Source: Hypanus sabinus (taxonomy: Eukaryota). From it: a stretch of DNA of 64,000 nt. Shown piece after piece: positions 24,797 through 38,590 of the stretch (position 1 is its first letter; the number at the start of each line of letters is the position of its first letter). The position numbers were made by a program, and so were the translations under genes. The stretch is taken from NCBI RefSeq assembly GCF_030144855.1, contig NW_026780455.1, positions 372,001 through 436,000 on the forward strand, read 5' to 3'. The notes beneath the pieces were generated by a model. It saw only the letters and a list, made by a program, of their open reading frames with translations, did no database searches and was not told the origin of the DNA.

Positions 24797-27057
24797 TCCT
24801 TCCATACTTTTCATATTCTACACCTGCAGATTAAAGTCCGGGTCAAGTTTGACCCGGCCCAAGAATCCCCTCATAAGTGTCTGCTCCAAATTCTGAACCA
24901 TAGATCTTTTCAGAATGTATATGTAGCTTATCTGACATTAATAAATGGGTGATCAATCATTAAGTAATGTTTCAGCGTGCAGGGGGTGTGTATTTCTAGA
25001 GACAAAATTCGTTTATTGAGAAAAACAACGCATCTACAATCACACAAAATCATGTCCTAGTTAACCTAAAATATGAAAACATAACAGCCATAATGATTTA
25101 AATAAATTTGTTGAATCTAAAAATGGCAACGACATTGTGGAACTATGGGGTTTTGGCATTTTTACTCAATGCTACTATCAAACATGTCCTCACTACTATA
25201 TCATTAAGTATCCTTATAGCTACTATGTAATTATAACTATTAACTATTAATTCAACATTAACTAACATTAAACCAACAAACAATACATAATAGTGGTATT
25301 TGAAAAATAGTCTTCGCAATCAACGCAGTGCTGGAAACTTTGCGTGTGTGGCCCTTGCGTGGGAGTTTCCCACATTTGCAGAAAGTTGTCCCTGTTTCGC
25401 AGTCCATTTCTGCGGAGCAGCAGTTGCATCTCCTTCCCTTCTGTCCCCTTGTGTTGTCTTCTTACGGGACTTGTTGTTGATCAGGACCAGGGTCAGATCA
25501 AGGCACTGCCCATACCAGGAGTCACACGGGGCTTTCAAGCTCCTACAAAACTAAACACCAACTTTTCCTCTTGCTTCACCTCCAAGAAAGTTCCAGGTCT
25601 ATTAACTATTAATTCAAGATTAACTAACATTAAGCCAACATATAATACAAAAAATGGTATTTGAAAAATCGCCTTCGCAATCAAAGGAGTGGTCGGATAC
25701 CTTGCGTGTGTGACCCTTACATATGTGTTACCCGCATTTGCAGCAAGGTGTCCCTGTTTTACAGTCCTTTTTTGTCGAACAGATGCTGCATCTCCTTCTC
25801 TTCTGTCGCCTTGTTTTAGCTTCTTGTGGGACTTGCTGATGATCAGGGCCAGGTTCAGATCTCGACACTGTCCTGATCACTGCTGCTGAGGCCACGGGTC
25901 GGGGAAGGTGGTGTCGCCTCTGCGTAAAATGTGTCTTATCAACATCCACCAGAAATAACCTCATACTTTTCATATTGCTTGCCCTCCAGGTAGGGATCAT
26001 CTCACTCCGTATGTCAAATGGGTTGTAGGTCGATATGTCAATGATATTATGGAATATGGCGAGAGGGAAGCGGGCTGTTCTCTGTTTGCAGCGGAGTGTG
26101 CCTGTTACTTTGTCAAGGTTGTCCACTCCTCCTTTGTTGGCATTGTCTTCAAGGGTGATGGCTGGTTTTCTGTCCTCCTGAGCGCTGACCTCTGCAACCT
26201 CATACAATGTGCTCATAAGGATGACATTCGTGTTCTTCTTTTGCATCTACGAGACAACGGTGCTGTCATGGGTGAAAGCAAACTTGGAAGACAAGACGTC
26301 TCTCCCCGTTGTTGCTATCACAACACGCGAGAGCTCAGGCTTGTTCCCCCTCACAGTGCCCACCATGGTGATCTTCCACTTAAGGAGCACCTGACCAAGA
26401 TCCGGAGATGTCAAGAAGTTGTCTCAGATCACATTTTGTCCTCGTAGCCCTTCTGACATCTCTTACACGACGCGCATGCTTTGTTTTCGCTCCGTGGCTG
26501 CCCTAGCTGGCTTCCAATAACATACTTTAACATACTTGAATATTATAAGCGTAACTGAAGCGTGCATCATAGGCTACCCTTAACTTTATTCCGTATTTTC
26601 CTGTGTTGCTGAGCATGTACTGGCGGAAAGGACAGCGACCTGCAAGTAAAAAAAGGAGACTTCATAGACCAACATGTGCCTTTCTCGCTGGGAACCAGCG
26701 CAAATGTGGTGGGAACGCAGGCAGGTCTTGTTACAGTGTAACGGTTGCCCTTGAACTCTATCACTGCAGACCCATAAGGATGTACACAGGCATGGCATAT
26801 ACAGTATTACAGTTTTAATATTTCCACAAACCACACTGGTGGATTTAAAGCCCATTCCGATAGAAACGGGTCAAACTTGTCCCGGAACGTACTGAATGTA
26901 CAAAAGTATACATTTATTTTTAAATATTTTCAATATTGCTCATTTTGTATCACTTTAGGAAAAGTCAAACAATTTTTGCTAAAGAAATGGCATTCAGGGT
27001 GTTTTTACACGTCAAATGCCATAACGTCTTAAATTTGACGCGAGCAGTATGTACGGG
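24797..27057 (-). mobile_element. Degenerate piggyBac transposon (PGBD4-like transposase relic)
   Basis: TTAA at 24793-24796 and 27058-27061. Degenerate TIRs (tccttccatact vs reverse complement cccgtacatact). Subterminal gggtcaa(g/a)...(g/t)ccc(g)g palindromes at ~24838 and ~26867. ORF 25728-26246 has NKGGVDNLDK and the C-terminal KRRRCSICSTKKDCKTGTPCCKCG Cys-rich domain; upstream ITMVGTVR/NKPEL relic is frameshifted. Confidence 0.9.
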
Positions 27058-27581
27058 TTAAAAGAGGAATGTGGAAAAGAATGAAACATGAATAGGCTAT
27101 ATATTTTTCCAATCATAATATTTAAAAAGAGGATCATCGGAGTCACTACAAACCTGCTTTAAAATAACCGTACAGATAAAAAAAAACTTATATAATTCTC
27201 AAAAGAGCTGCAACACTAGACAGCTCTAAATATTCCGAACGCTCCGAGCAATTGAAAAATGGCTGTGTTGGGTTCAGGATTTATCAGTGTTGCGGCGAGT
27301 GTTGGTATCCACTCTCGTTCAAGAACCTGATATTTGCAAAGTCACAACTGCTCCTAAACCTGAATTAGCAATCCTGAAGCCTGATTCAATCCCTCCTTTA
27401 TTTCCTGAGAAGGAAATTCGCCAGGTGCCCATTGACTCTTCCCAATATTTATATTTTCCTGACCCTTCATAACCAGTGGACAATCATTTACTCGGAAGTT
27501 TATCATGTTGAAGACACTCTTTCTGGGTAATTGGCAATCAGTCCATCGGTGTGGAGACACAGTGAAACGATGAGAGGATCT

Positions 27582-27585
<4 letters not shown>

Positions 27586-27652
<67 letters not shown>
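27586..27652. repeat. (TC)n microsatellite
   Basis: Direct reading. Confidence 0.95.
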
Positions 27653-27655
<3 letters not shown>

Positions 27656-28659
27656 ATTTTACAGGTTAGTATGCCAGCATAGTATGATTTTTAATGATAT
27701 GGAATTCGCAGAAAATAGATCTAGATTGCATACTCTGCACTGTGCTGTTACATAGAATATAACCAGGTGCTGAACTAGATTGAAACCAGTCGGCTTGTCC
27801 TTATATTTTCAGAAGATGTTGCAAGGTTGTGGATTAGAAAGGGTTACAAAAGTCACGTGTAGAACGCAGAGAATGGGGTAATGAAACGATAATAGATCAG
27901 TCACCGTGTTTTGGAAAAACTTCCAGTTGGCGCCGTTTCAATCTAGAAAGCGTCTTGTTAACGAGAGAGCTCAGGCGAGAGGGGTCTTCTTGCTCTGACT
28001 GTCTGAGCGCCTCTGTGTGTGCGATCTCTCTTCGATTCTGTCATGGTTTATCATTCCATTCAGAATTCTTTGAGTAACCTAGGAAGAAAATGCATCTAGT
28101 GGCATATATAAACGTATAGGTAGAGATTCCACCCCGTTTGGTTTTACTGCTGTGTAATTTTCAACCCTGTTACAAATTAGTACCATGAAATAACAGACAG
28201 CATACGATTAAAGGGGATTATTTTATGAATCTTAATGAATAGGTTTCTAACGAGGAACAAACAGAAGAAAGCCCATTCGAATTAAACGGTCAAATATGCA
28301 CAAGTTGGATCTGATGTTGAACTTCCCTGGGACTCGCGTGCTGGTCTCTCGGTCAATGTGAAAGCACAACGACATCTTACGAACATCTCTCGCAATCCAT
28401 CTCGAACAAACCGGACTGCCACACAATGAAATCCTACGATCCGTTCTCCCAGCGACTTCATTCCTCATCTCCCGTAGAAAAGCTGCCACCAATTCTACCA
28501 TACCAATTCAATAGCTCGCATTTGTTATATTCAACGGTAATCCAAACAGTTTGCCAGCAGAACAGACTGCTCTGACCGAACTGCGAAAGGAAATACATAA
28601 GGCACACAAGTAAATGTATGAGGCAGAGCATTATCCTACATTGATAATCATAGTACTTT

Positions 28660-31600
28660 GAATTTTGAACTTAGAACGGAATCGCACACAAAATGCTCGC
28701 GAGACTCATCGGGCCAGACAGCCCGATTGATGGACTTATGAACATTTGGATACGAATAATATGATTTGGAATAGTCACCTTAGCTTTGACAAGGGCAGGA
28801 GATGCCTTACGAGACTGAGTAAATTTTTTGAGCATTTGGCTAAACATGAATATGAAGGAAGAGCAGTAGATGTACTGTATACGGATTTCAGCTGGGCATT
28901 TAATACGGTACCCTATGTAAGACCTATTGAGAAAGTATGGAGGCATGGGTTCCAAGGGAACTTTGCTTGGTGGATCCAGAACTGGCTTGAACACAGAAGG
29001 CAAAGACTGGTTTGTTATGAGTGACGAACAGATTTGATGGGCAATGGGGTGAAGGGTTAATCATTCCCAACCCCCCTCCTGAGAACCACGAAATATTACT
29101 GTTGTTATGCTGACCATGAGAAAGAGAGACGAAAAACAGGCAAGAACATTTGCGACAGATAGGTGAGAGGGGGAAATTGCTGATTAACTGTATTGTGACT
29201 GCTTTTGAATTATTTACTGTCTCACTGCAAGGACAATAGTTTGCTAAATAACATTCCGCAGTAGACTACAGCAGTGGCCTGATTTGATGGACACAGTCAT
29301 TCAGAATTGATGGATATCTGAGTCCTCGTTGGTAGGGATAAAAAGACAGGTCTGGGGAGACACCCACCAGACTCGCCAGAGGACACTGATCGAGGGTTGG
29401 AACACACAAGAAAGGTGGGGGCTCCGAAGACCGAACCAGAAGGTCGGTCAGTTAGGCTATCAGTGTAAAATCGTGGCCCGTGGGGACGTGTGTCTGTCCA
29501 CTCATGCCAGAGGGACGAGTCCACCACACAAGAACGTTCTAGCAGAAGGACAGAGAAGTCATACCTGAATAACCACAAAGATACGACGGGTTAAGAAAGC
29601 AAAGGCAGGGTTGGCTGACTGTAGCTGTTACAGCTCGCTCGCTCGCTCGCTCTCGCTCTCTCTCTGTCTCTCTCCAACGATTACAATACAACAACCATAA
29701 CTATACCAGCACTCATGAATTGAACTGAACTTCCCGACAGATTGCATCGAGTCGGTCAGCAGATCGATGAGGAAGGCAAAGGTAGAGCACAAGCGGGGCG
29801 GGAGAAGTTTATCTCGGAAAGGACGGTGTCTGTGAAGGAAGGAGAAACCCCAGTTCCAGAGCGGATCTGGAGAGATACTGGAGCTGGTCGGTCATTGATT
29901 TTAAGGAAGGTATTAAATTTTGGTTCTGAGACCCAGACTGGGGAGGCTGTGTTAAGAGGTATCGGAAAAGGGACCGAGGCCGTACCTTTGCACAGGATAT
30001 TTTTGAAACGTGACCTGGTATCTGGACCAGTAGAAATAGGAGTGCGGTCGACACTACCGATGGACGGCGTAGACGTCCTACTTGGTAACGATCTGGCAGG
30101 TGGTGACGTGTGTTCAGCATTGAAGCTGACAAGTAAGACTGTGAGTGTTGTGGACCCGCCTAGATTCCAAGATTTATCCTGCACGCGCAATGACTCGCAG
30201 CATGTCGAGAAAGGCGGCTGAGAAAGGAGCCAGTTTAAATGAGTCCAGTGTTACTTTAGCGGAGATATTTTTGCCGACCTTTTAGGAAAAGGGGTTACCG
30301 GATGAGAAGGAAAAGTTTAGTGGATCTAAGGAGAGTAAAGGAGCGGTGGTACATCAGGAGGTAGTTCCGGATGTGTATCGGGATGAAATTGTGAACCTGG
30401 CTCATAAGGGACCTCTAGGTGGACACTTAAGAGGGAGGAAGGAATTTATGGAGGCACAGATTGAAAATGAGAAACAAATGAGACAGTTAGAAGGTCCAGG
30501 GTTGGACACGGATGATCTGTCTGGCTTGACAGCTGTTTTCAGTTGAGGAATTTAAGAGTGTTCCCGACGATTTAAGGGCAGTCCTAGATGAAAAGGATGC
30601 CGCTACCTTGAGGGAGTCTGCTGGGTTAGCAGATGAAGTTGATTTAACCCGCAGTGTTGAGTTTACTCCGGATGGGAGTTGCCCAGAGACTAACCGGGAG
30701 GATCAGGGGAACTTAGAATTTGAAAAGGGGACTGGTATTGAAAGCCTGGGAGAGGCAGATGTCCCGTTTGCTTGTGTTCAGGATATGGAGTCACAGGGTA
30801 CTGAACCCAGTATTGAAACTCAGGAAAAGTCTGAGGTGCCTGATTTAGTTGAAAAGGAATCCAGTCCTTTTGGGTCAGATGGACTTGGTTCAGTGAAGAA
30901 AGGGTTAACCTGGGCACCAGTCGAAAGTGAGAATTCTCAGTTGTTTGTGTTGGAAGGTGTGTTAAAAGTTAACGATGAGATGAAAGCTGGAGATGTGAAT
31001 ATTATTGAAGAAAAAGAAGGGAAAGGTGTTGTTCCTAATTTGAATAAAGAAAGTTTATATTCTGAATTGGTTTTAGAAGAATTGACCAAAGGGAAGAGAC
31101 CGTTAACTGAGCAATGACTTGTTAACAAGGTGCCTGTGAATCAATTACAGTTTGTTTGGAAATTTAAAGATAGACAACTTGCTGATGTTATTCAAAGATG
31201 TGATTTGGAGAGGCAGACCTTGAAAGTTGTTTTAACCAAGAGGGACCATCTGCAGCTGTTAAACTGAAAACAAATAGAATGAAAGATCCTGAAGATAAAA
31301 TTAATGATTTGCTTAAAATTGTCGAATTCTGTGGAAGTTGAACAAATGGGCTTAGTTTGGAAAACATTGGTGATAAGATAGCTTCTGTGAAGGGAGTCTG
31401 TGAAGGCCTATTCCACACTGGTGAGCAAGCTAGCCACGTGAGAGTTAAGTGGAAAAGAGACAATGCTTGACCAAATGCCACTTTCAATAACAGGATCTGG
31501 CTTTGAGGGAACTTGACACAGCATGTGAAAGATAAAAGCACAATGAATTATTGACTTTTTGAATGTTACGTTTCGATGTAAAATAGAGATTAGTATTTGC

Positions 31601-33800
31601 ACAAATTACTGTAATGTACCACAGTACAATCACAGATGTTTTGGTTCAAACTGTGTAAGTTAAATAGATCACATCCCCTTGGTATTTTTGGCAAAAATGA
31701 AGAATAAAAATAGGTGGTTACTAAGTAGGAGACTGTTGTTACTCGACATTAAAATATAACATTCAAACCGGAGTTATAATGTTATTGCTGATTGTTTATC
31801 TAGATGTTAATTTGAACGCCTATCTGTATTATTCCTGTAGTTAAGACAAATTCTGTATTTTGTTAAGCTCTGTAATTCAGTAATGTGCTTTATTAGTTAA
31901 TTTTCCCCCTGGTGAAAATTCCCAGAAGGATGGGAGTGTTATGAGTGATGAACAGACCTGATGTTCAATGGGGTGAAAGGTTAACCATCCCCAACACCCC
32001 CCCCCCCGAGAACCACGTAATATTACTGTTGTTATGCTGACCATGAGGAAGAGAGACGAAAAACAGGCAAGAACATCTGCGACTGATAACAGAGGGAGAA
32101 ATTATTGATTAACTGTATTGTGACTCCTTTTGAATTATTTACTGTCTCACTGCAAGGACAACAGTTTGCTCAATAACATTCCTCAGTGGACTGCAGGAAT
32201 GGCTTGATTTGATGTCCACAGTCATTCAGAATTGATGGATAGCTGAGTCCCCGTTGGTCGGATTAAAAAGACAGGTCTAGGGAGATACCCTTCAGTCACA
32301 CCAGTGGACACTGATCGAGTGTTGGAGCCCACAACAATGGTGGGGGCTTAGAAGACCGAAACAGGAGGTCGGTCAGTAAGGCTATCAGAGTAAAAGCAGG
32401 ACCGATGGGGACTTGTGTGCGTGTCCACTCATGCCAGAGTGACGAGTCCACCACAGAAGAACGGTCTAACAGAAAGACGGAGAGGTCATAGCTGAATGAC
32501 CACAACAATACAACGGATTAAGAAAGCAAAAGAAGGTTTGGCTGCTGTACCTGTTACAGCTCGCTCGCTCGCTCTCTCCCTCTCTCGCTCTCTCTAACGA
32601 TTACAATACAACATCCATAACTATATGAGCACTCATGAACTGAACTGAAATTTATACTTATCTATGACAATTAATTTACTGCTAGACATCGATAGAACTT
32701 GTTTATTATTGATTATTATTATTCCTACACTTTTGGGTTTATTACTGCTAACTTGTTTTATATGTATATTTGAATTATTGATATGGTTTTGCTTATTTTT
32801 ATTAATAAACACCTTTAGTATTTACCACCAGACTCCATCGGATTCTTCTTTCTCTGCTGGTTAACCACCCAGTTACGGGTTACGTAACAGGTTGTAGACG
32901 AGTCATATCCTGCGTGGAGTTTGGTGACGAGTGGTGAGCCTGAGTGATCTGTTCTGGGACCCTCATTGTTCGTGACTTTTATAAATATTCTGGATGGCAA
33001 ACAGGAAAGATTGGTTAGTAAATTTTCTTATGACACAATAGTTCGAGGTGTTGTGGATACTGTGGAGGGCTGTCGGATGTTAAATATAATGGCAAAATAT
33101 AGCATTACTGGTAAGACCTTGGCAGTGTCGAGGTTTAGAGGGATCCGGGGGTCCGTGTCCATATGACGCTCAAAGCAGTGCACACGTTGACGCTGTGGTT
33201 AAGTCATACAGTACTTTCGCCTTCATCAGTCGTGGGATTGTGTATAAGAGGCTAGAGGATTTATTTCAACTCTATAGGACCCTAGTCAGAGCCCACTAGG
33301 AGTACTGTGCTCAGATCTGGTCGTCTCACTGCAAGAAGGATGTGGAAACCATAGATAGGGTGAGAGCAGATCTGCAAGTATGTTCTGTGGATAGAGGAGC
33401 ATGCCTTCCGTGAAAAGGCCTTTTCTACATGGAGCGACGGAGGATGAGTTTTGATCTTATAGAGCTGTATACGATGACAAGAGGAATTGATCTTATGGAT
33501 AGTCAGAGGCTTTTTCCCAGGAATTAAATGGGTATCACATGAGGGCACTGCATAAGCTGCTGGATGGACGTGCAGAGGAGATGTCAGGTTACGTTTTCCA
33601 CGCAGAAATTGGTGTCTGCGTGTAATGGGCTCTCGGTGACGGTGCTAATGGCGGATACGGCAGAGTCTTTTAAGATACTCCTGGATAGGCACATGGAGCT
33701 TTAAACATATAGAGATCTGTCCGTAACTGTCGGTAATTAATAACGTAAGCAGATGCTCAGTACAGCATTCTGGTCCGAGTTTCCTGTAATGTGCTGCAGA
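28660..33800 (+). mobile_element. CR1 LINE 3' half (28660-29012 and 32890-33800) split by an LTR element
   Basis: RT reading QNWLEHRRQRLV|VDESYPAWSLVTSG continues across the insertion. Confidence 0.85.
29013..32889 (+). mobile_element. Non-autonomous Gmr1-like Ty3/Gypsy LTR retrotransposon (5' LTR 29013-~29731, 3'-truncated; 3' LTR 31937-32889)
   Basis: Both LTRs start TGTTATGAGTGA; the 3' LTR ends TACGTAACA; perfect TSD GGTT/GGTT; purine tract before 31937. Internal relics: protease RDTGAGRS...LLGNDLAGG (29742-30221), integrase Zn-finger start LAHKGPLGGHL (~30380), RNase H end NVIADCLSRC* (~31780). Confidence 0.9.
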
Positions 33801-33979
33801 TTTTCCAATTTTTCTTAATTGCTATCGAATCCGTTCTGCTTGTAAATGTGCATATGCTTCCCTTTTCCTCATCACCACATGTCTGTCTCGGCTTCCTTTA
33901 AAGTCCACTGATGCTTGTGCATCGAACACAACATGATGTGCATCCCATGCACCCACTACTCTTTGTGTAAACGTCTTGC

Positions 33980-36900
33980 TATTTAGCTTCAGCATAGATC
34001 TGGAAAGGGATAAAATCAGACGAAATGGTAAAGTTATCAACTGGGGAACGGCTAACTCTGAACGGATGTGGCAGGAACGAGCCAGAGTAAATTGGAAACA
34101 GATGTTCAAAGGGGAAAGCACAAACGGAATGTGGGAGAAGTTTCGGGACCACTTCAGCTGGGTTCAGGATAGTTTTGCCCCAGTGAGGCAAGGAAAAAAA
34201 GGTAAAAACAGGGAACCGTGGCTGACGAAACATGTGAGACACTCGTCAAGAGGAAAAATGAAGCATATGTTAGATATAAGAAACAAGAAGTAGTGGAGGC
34301 TTATGAGAAATACAGGGTAGCCAGGAAGGAGCTAAAGAAAAGACTGAGGAGAGCTCGAAGGGGGCATGTGAAGGCATTGACATTCAGGATTAAGGAGAAC
34401 CCCAAGGTGTTCTATGAGTATGAGAAGAGTAGGAGGATGTCGAGGACGAAGTTAGTACCGCTAAAGGATAAAGAGGGGAGCATGTGCCAGGAAGGGGAGG
34501 AGGTTGGGGAGGTCCTAAATGAATGCTTTGCTTCAGGATTGACAAGTGAAAAGGATCTTGAACAGGATGAGTTCGAAGCTGAGCGGGCTTGTGTGTTGGA
34601 CAATGTGGAGAGTAAGGAAGAAGAAGTGCTGGATCTTTTTAAAAACATTAAGGTTGATAAATCCGCTGGGCCGGATCTGATACACCACAGTTTGTTGTGG
34701 GAATTGGGAGAAGAGTTCGCAGGAATATTGGCTGTGATCTTTGAATCCTCTTTGGACTGGTGAATGGCAAAAGTAGTTCGTTGTTTAAAAAAGGTAATAT
34801 GGAGAAGGTTGGGAACGATAGACCACGAGTCTTACGTCGGTGGTGTGCAAACTACTGGAAAGGACTTTGTGAAGGGAAGATCGTGGCTCAAGAGCCTGAT
34901 TGAATTTTGAGAAGAGGTAACAAAGGAAATGGATGAGGAAAGGACAGCTGATGTAATCTACATGGACTTTAGCAAAGCATTTGACAAGATCCCTCATGTG
35001 AGACCCATCCAGAAAGTCATGAACATGGGACACGTGGAACCTCGGCTGTTTGGATAAGAAAATTGGCTTAAAGGAAGAAAGCAGAGTCTACAAGTATTTG
35101 GATAGACAGGGACTTATTAGAAACAGTCAGCATGGCTTTGTGCGTGGTGGGTCATGTTTAACCAATCTATTACAGCGTTTCGAGGAGGTTACCGGGAAAG
35201 TGGATGATGGGAAGGCAGTGGATGTTGTATACATGGACTTCAGTAAGGCCTTTGACAAGGTCCCGCATGAGAGGTTCGTTAAGAAGATTCAGTCGCTAGG
35301 TATACATGGAGAGGTAGTATATTGGATTAGACATTTGCTCAATGGAAAAAGCCAGAGAGTGGTAGTGGAGGATTGCGACTCTGAGCGGAGGCCTGTGACT
35401 GGTGGTGTGCCACAGGGTTCAGTGATGGGTCCATTGTTATTTGTCATCTATATCAATGCTCTGGATGATAATGTTGCAAATTGGATCAGCAGATTTGCTG
35501 ATGATACAAAAATTGGAGGTGTCGTGGACAGTGAGGAATGTATTCAAAGCTTGCAGAGGGATTTGGACAAGTTAGAGGAATGGGCAGAAAAATGGCATAT
35601 GGAGTGTAATGCGGACAAGTGTGAGGTATTGCTCTTCAGAAGGTCAAACCAACGTAGAGCATACAAGCTAAATGGTAGAACACTGAGGAGTACAGTAGAA
35701 AAGAGGGATCTGGGAGTACAGATACATAATTCCCTAAAAGTGGCGTCACAAGTGGGTAGGGTTGTAACGAGAGCTTTTGGTAAATTCGCCTCAATTAATC
35801 AAAAGTATTGAGTATGAGTTGGAACGGAATGGTGAGGTTGTATAAGGCATTGGTGAGACCGAATTTGGAGTATTGTGTGCAGTTTTGGTCACTTAATGAC
35901 AGGAAGGATATTAATAAGGTTGAAAGAGTACAAAGAAGGTTTACAAGGATGTTGCCGGGACTTGAGAAACTGAGTTACAGAGAATGGTTGAATAGGTTTG
36001 GAATTTATTCCCTGGAACGTAGAAGAATGAGGGGTGATTTGATATTGGTGTATAGCATTATGATGGGTATAGATAGAGTGAATGCAAGCAGGATTTTTAC
36101 TCAGAGGCCAGGGGAGAAAAAAAGAAACAACAAAGTTCGAGGGTTAAGGTGAAGGGTGGAAAATTTAAAGGGAACACGGGGGGGGGCGCTTTTTCACTCA
36201 GACCATAGAGGGAGTGTGGAATCCGCTGCCTAATGAACTGGTGGAAATGGGCTCACTTTTAACTTTTGATAAAAACTTGGAGGGGTATATGGATGAGAAG
36301 GGTTTGGAAGGATATGGCCCAGGTGCAGGTCAGTGGCACAATGCAGAAAAATGTTTCGGCACAGCCAAGAAGGGCCAAAAGGCCTGTTTCTATGTTGTAA
36401 TGCTCTATGGTTCTATGGTTCAGAGTGTAGTTATGGAAGTAAGTATTCTGCCTGGAGGTCGGTGACTAGTGGAGTGACGCAGGCATCTGTCATGGGACCG
36501 CTGCGATGAGTGATTTTTGTACATGACCAGGATGTAGAGGCGGAAGGAGGGATGGGTAAGTTTGCCGCCGAAACGAAGATTGGAGTAGTTGTGGATGGTG
36601 CTGTAGGTTGTCGAAGGTTACAAGAGGATATAGATAGGCTGCAGAGCTGGGCAGAAAAATGGCAGATGAAGTACAATCCAGACAAGTGTGAGGTGATGCA
36701 TTTTGGAAGGACAAACCAGAAGACTATGTACAGGATAAATGGTCATTTACTTAAGAGTGTGGAAGAACAAAGGGCCCTTGGGGTTCAAATCCTTACATCC
36801 CTCAAGGTAGCTGCATAGGTTGATAGGGTAGTTAAGAAGGCCTATGGGATGCAAGGCTTCACTAACAGTGGGATTAAGTTCAAGAGTAGAAAGGTCATGC

Positions 36901-37465
36901 TGCAACTCTAAAAATCTCTGATGAGACCGCACTTAGAGTATTGTGTTCAATTCTGGTCACCTCATTCTCGGAAGAATGTGGAAGCTGTGGGGAGCGTGCA
37001 GAGGAGATTTACTAGGATGTTGTTTGGAGAACAAGTCATATGAAACAAAGTTAGCAGAGCTGGGACTTTCCTCTTTGGAGCGTTGAAGCATGAGAGGAAC
37101 TTGATAGAGGTCTACAAGATTATGAGAGGCATAGGGTGGATCGGCAGTATCTTTTTCCCAGTGCACCAATATCAAACACCTAAGGGCATAGGTACAAAAT
37201 TAAGGGTTGGACGTTTCGGGGAGACATCATAGGTAAGTTTTTTACCCAGAGGGTTGTGAGTGCCTGGAATTACTTGTCAGGGAGGGTGGTTGAGGAAGAA
37301 ACATTGGAGACATGAAAGAGCCTCTTGGACAGGCACATGGATGAAAGGAAAATGGAGGGTTATGCGGTCGTGTGGGTTTAGTACTTATTTTTAAAGGATT
37401 ATATGCGTCGGCACAACATGGAGGGCTGAAGGGCCAGTACTGTGCTGCAGCGTTCTATGGTTTAG
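33980..37465 (+). mobile_element. Tandem stack of CR1 ORF2 fragments (33980-35080, 35080-36420, 36420-37465)
   Basis: ORF 35050-35811 has YMDFSKAFDKVPH, GVPQGSVMGPLLF and FADDTK; 3' tails at ~36410 and ~37455. All pieces are truncated. Confidence 0.9.
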
Positions 37466-37489
37466 AGTGCATTGAAACTATCGCTTCAA

Positions 37490-38590
37490 AATTGCCCGCA
37501 CTTCGTGTCTGTTTGTAAACATCAAAAAGGTCGAGAGAATCAGACTGACATCTGGATACTGCTGGATTTCTGTTGACTCTAAAATTTGGTATATTGCTGT
37601 GGTGAGAGGGGTGGCGTTACCTGATGGACAATGGATGTTTACATTTTTTTTCTGCTCCTTGTTTTTGTACATACAAGGACACAGAGTCAGACAGTCAGTG
37701 TCAAGATGGTTTCGGTCAATGGAAGGCACCAGTGAGTCGGTCGCTGGTTTAAACTGTCGGTCGCCCAAATGGACGAGTTGGGGTAGATCCAGAGTATTAA
37801 TGAATGACTCTCACAGGGTGCTAGAACTAGAAGAATTTTGCAGAGAGGAGAGGTAGAAAAGATTTCTTACAGAAGGAGACTTGTGACAACGAGTTCACTG
37901 TTTGGACTCTGACTCCAAGCAGCCGGTGAAGGTGAGTTCATTTCATTGGGATACGAAGGTGTGTTTGTTACAGAGTTAATCCGCAGGAGTAGGTTCTCTG
38001 GTGAGGGGAAAAGCTTGGTGAATAGGATGTGCGCATCTACCCGTTGCCTGGGTGTGGTAGTTCACTGAAGAAAGGCTCCCGTGTGGAAAATCACTGTTAG
38101 AGCAATTTCGTTGTTCGTGGATATGGATATATAGATATCACGTGTGTGATTGGGGTAACCTTGTGGAATATAACGGCGTGCCCACCCTTGCCTGGGTGGT
38201 GGATCCCCTGAAGATGGTCCGACTTGTGATAACCTCCTGTTAGTGATGCTTCGTGTGAGGATTCAGAGAACAAGGGGAAGATCGACGACACCTGTTTGTT
38301 TGGATTGCAAATATCTCTCTCACACTTCAATTTCTGTGTGTTTGAACTGAATAGCAGTTTCTGACATTCCATCGGAAGACTGTGACACTTGCCACCTCGG
38401 CTTGAATAAGTTTGTGAACTTTAGTTGTTTACACACCTACATGTGCATAATACTGCTAACACTTGGTTTACATGGTTTAAATTACAATATTACGTAGTTA
38501 CCAATAAAATAGTGATTGTTAACAGCAAAACTAGATTGCTGGTGTGTTCCATTGCTGATGAAACTTTTACAGAATTGCGTGCACGTAAGA
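37490..38590 (+). mobile_element. Probable solo LTR (third family)
   Basis: 3' end architecture (aataaa ... gcgtgcacgtaaga) resembles the family A/B LTR ends; 5' boundary uncertain. Confidence 0.45.

Noticed and set aside
28247-28501. 84-aa minus-strand ORF in otherwise unassigned sequence
   Set aside because: No motif I can support; possibly an old LINE ORF1 relic. Needs an HMM search.
30608-31117. Acidic 169-aa ORF inside the LTR element
   Set aside because: Low-complexity internal region of a decayed retrotransposon; no evidence for a captured host gene.
35050-35811. 253-aa ORF with intact RT motifs, as an active or domesticated reverse transcriptase
   Set aside because: Truncated CR1 fragment, frameshifted at 35808 and lacking the endonuclease; ordinary young LINE debris.
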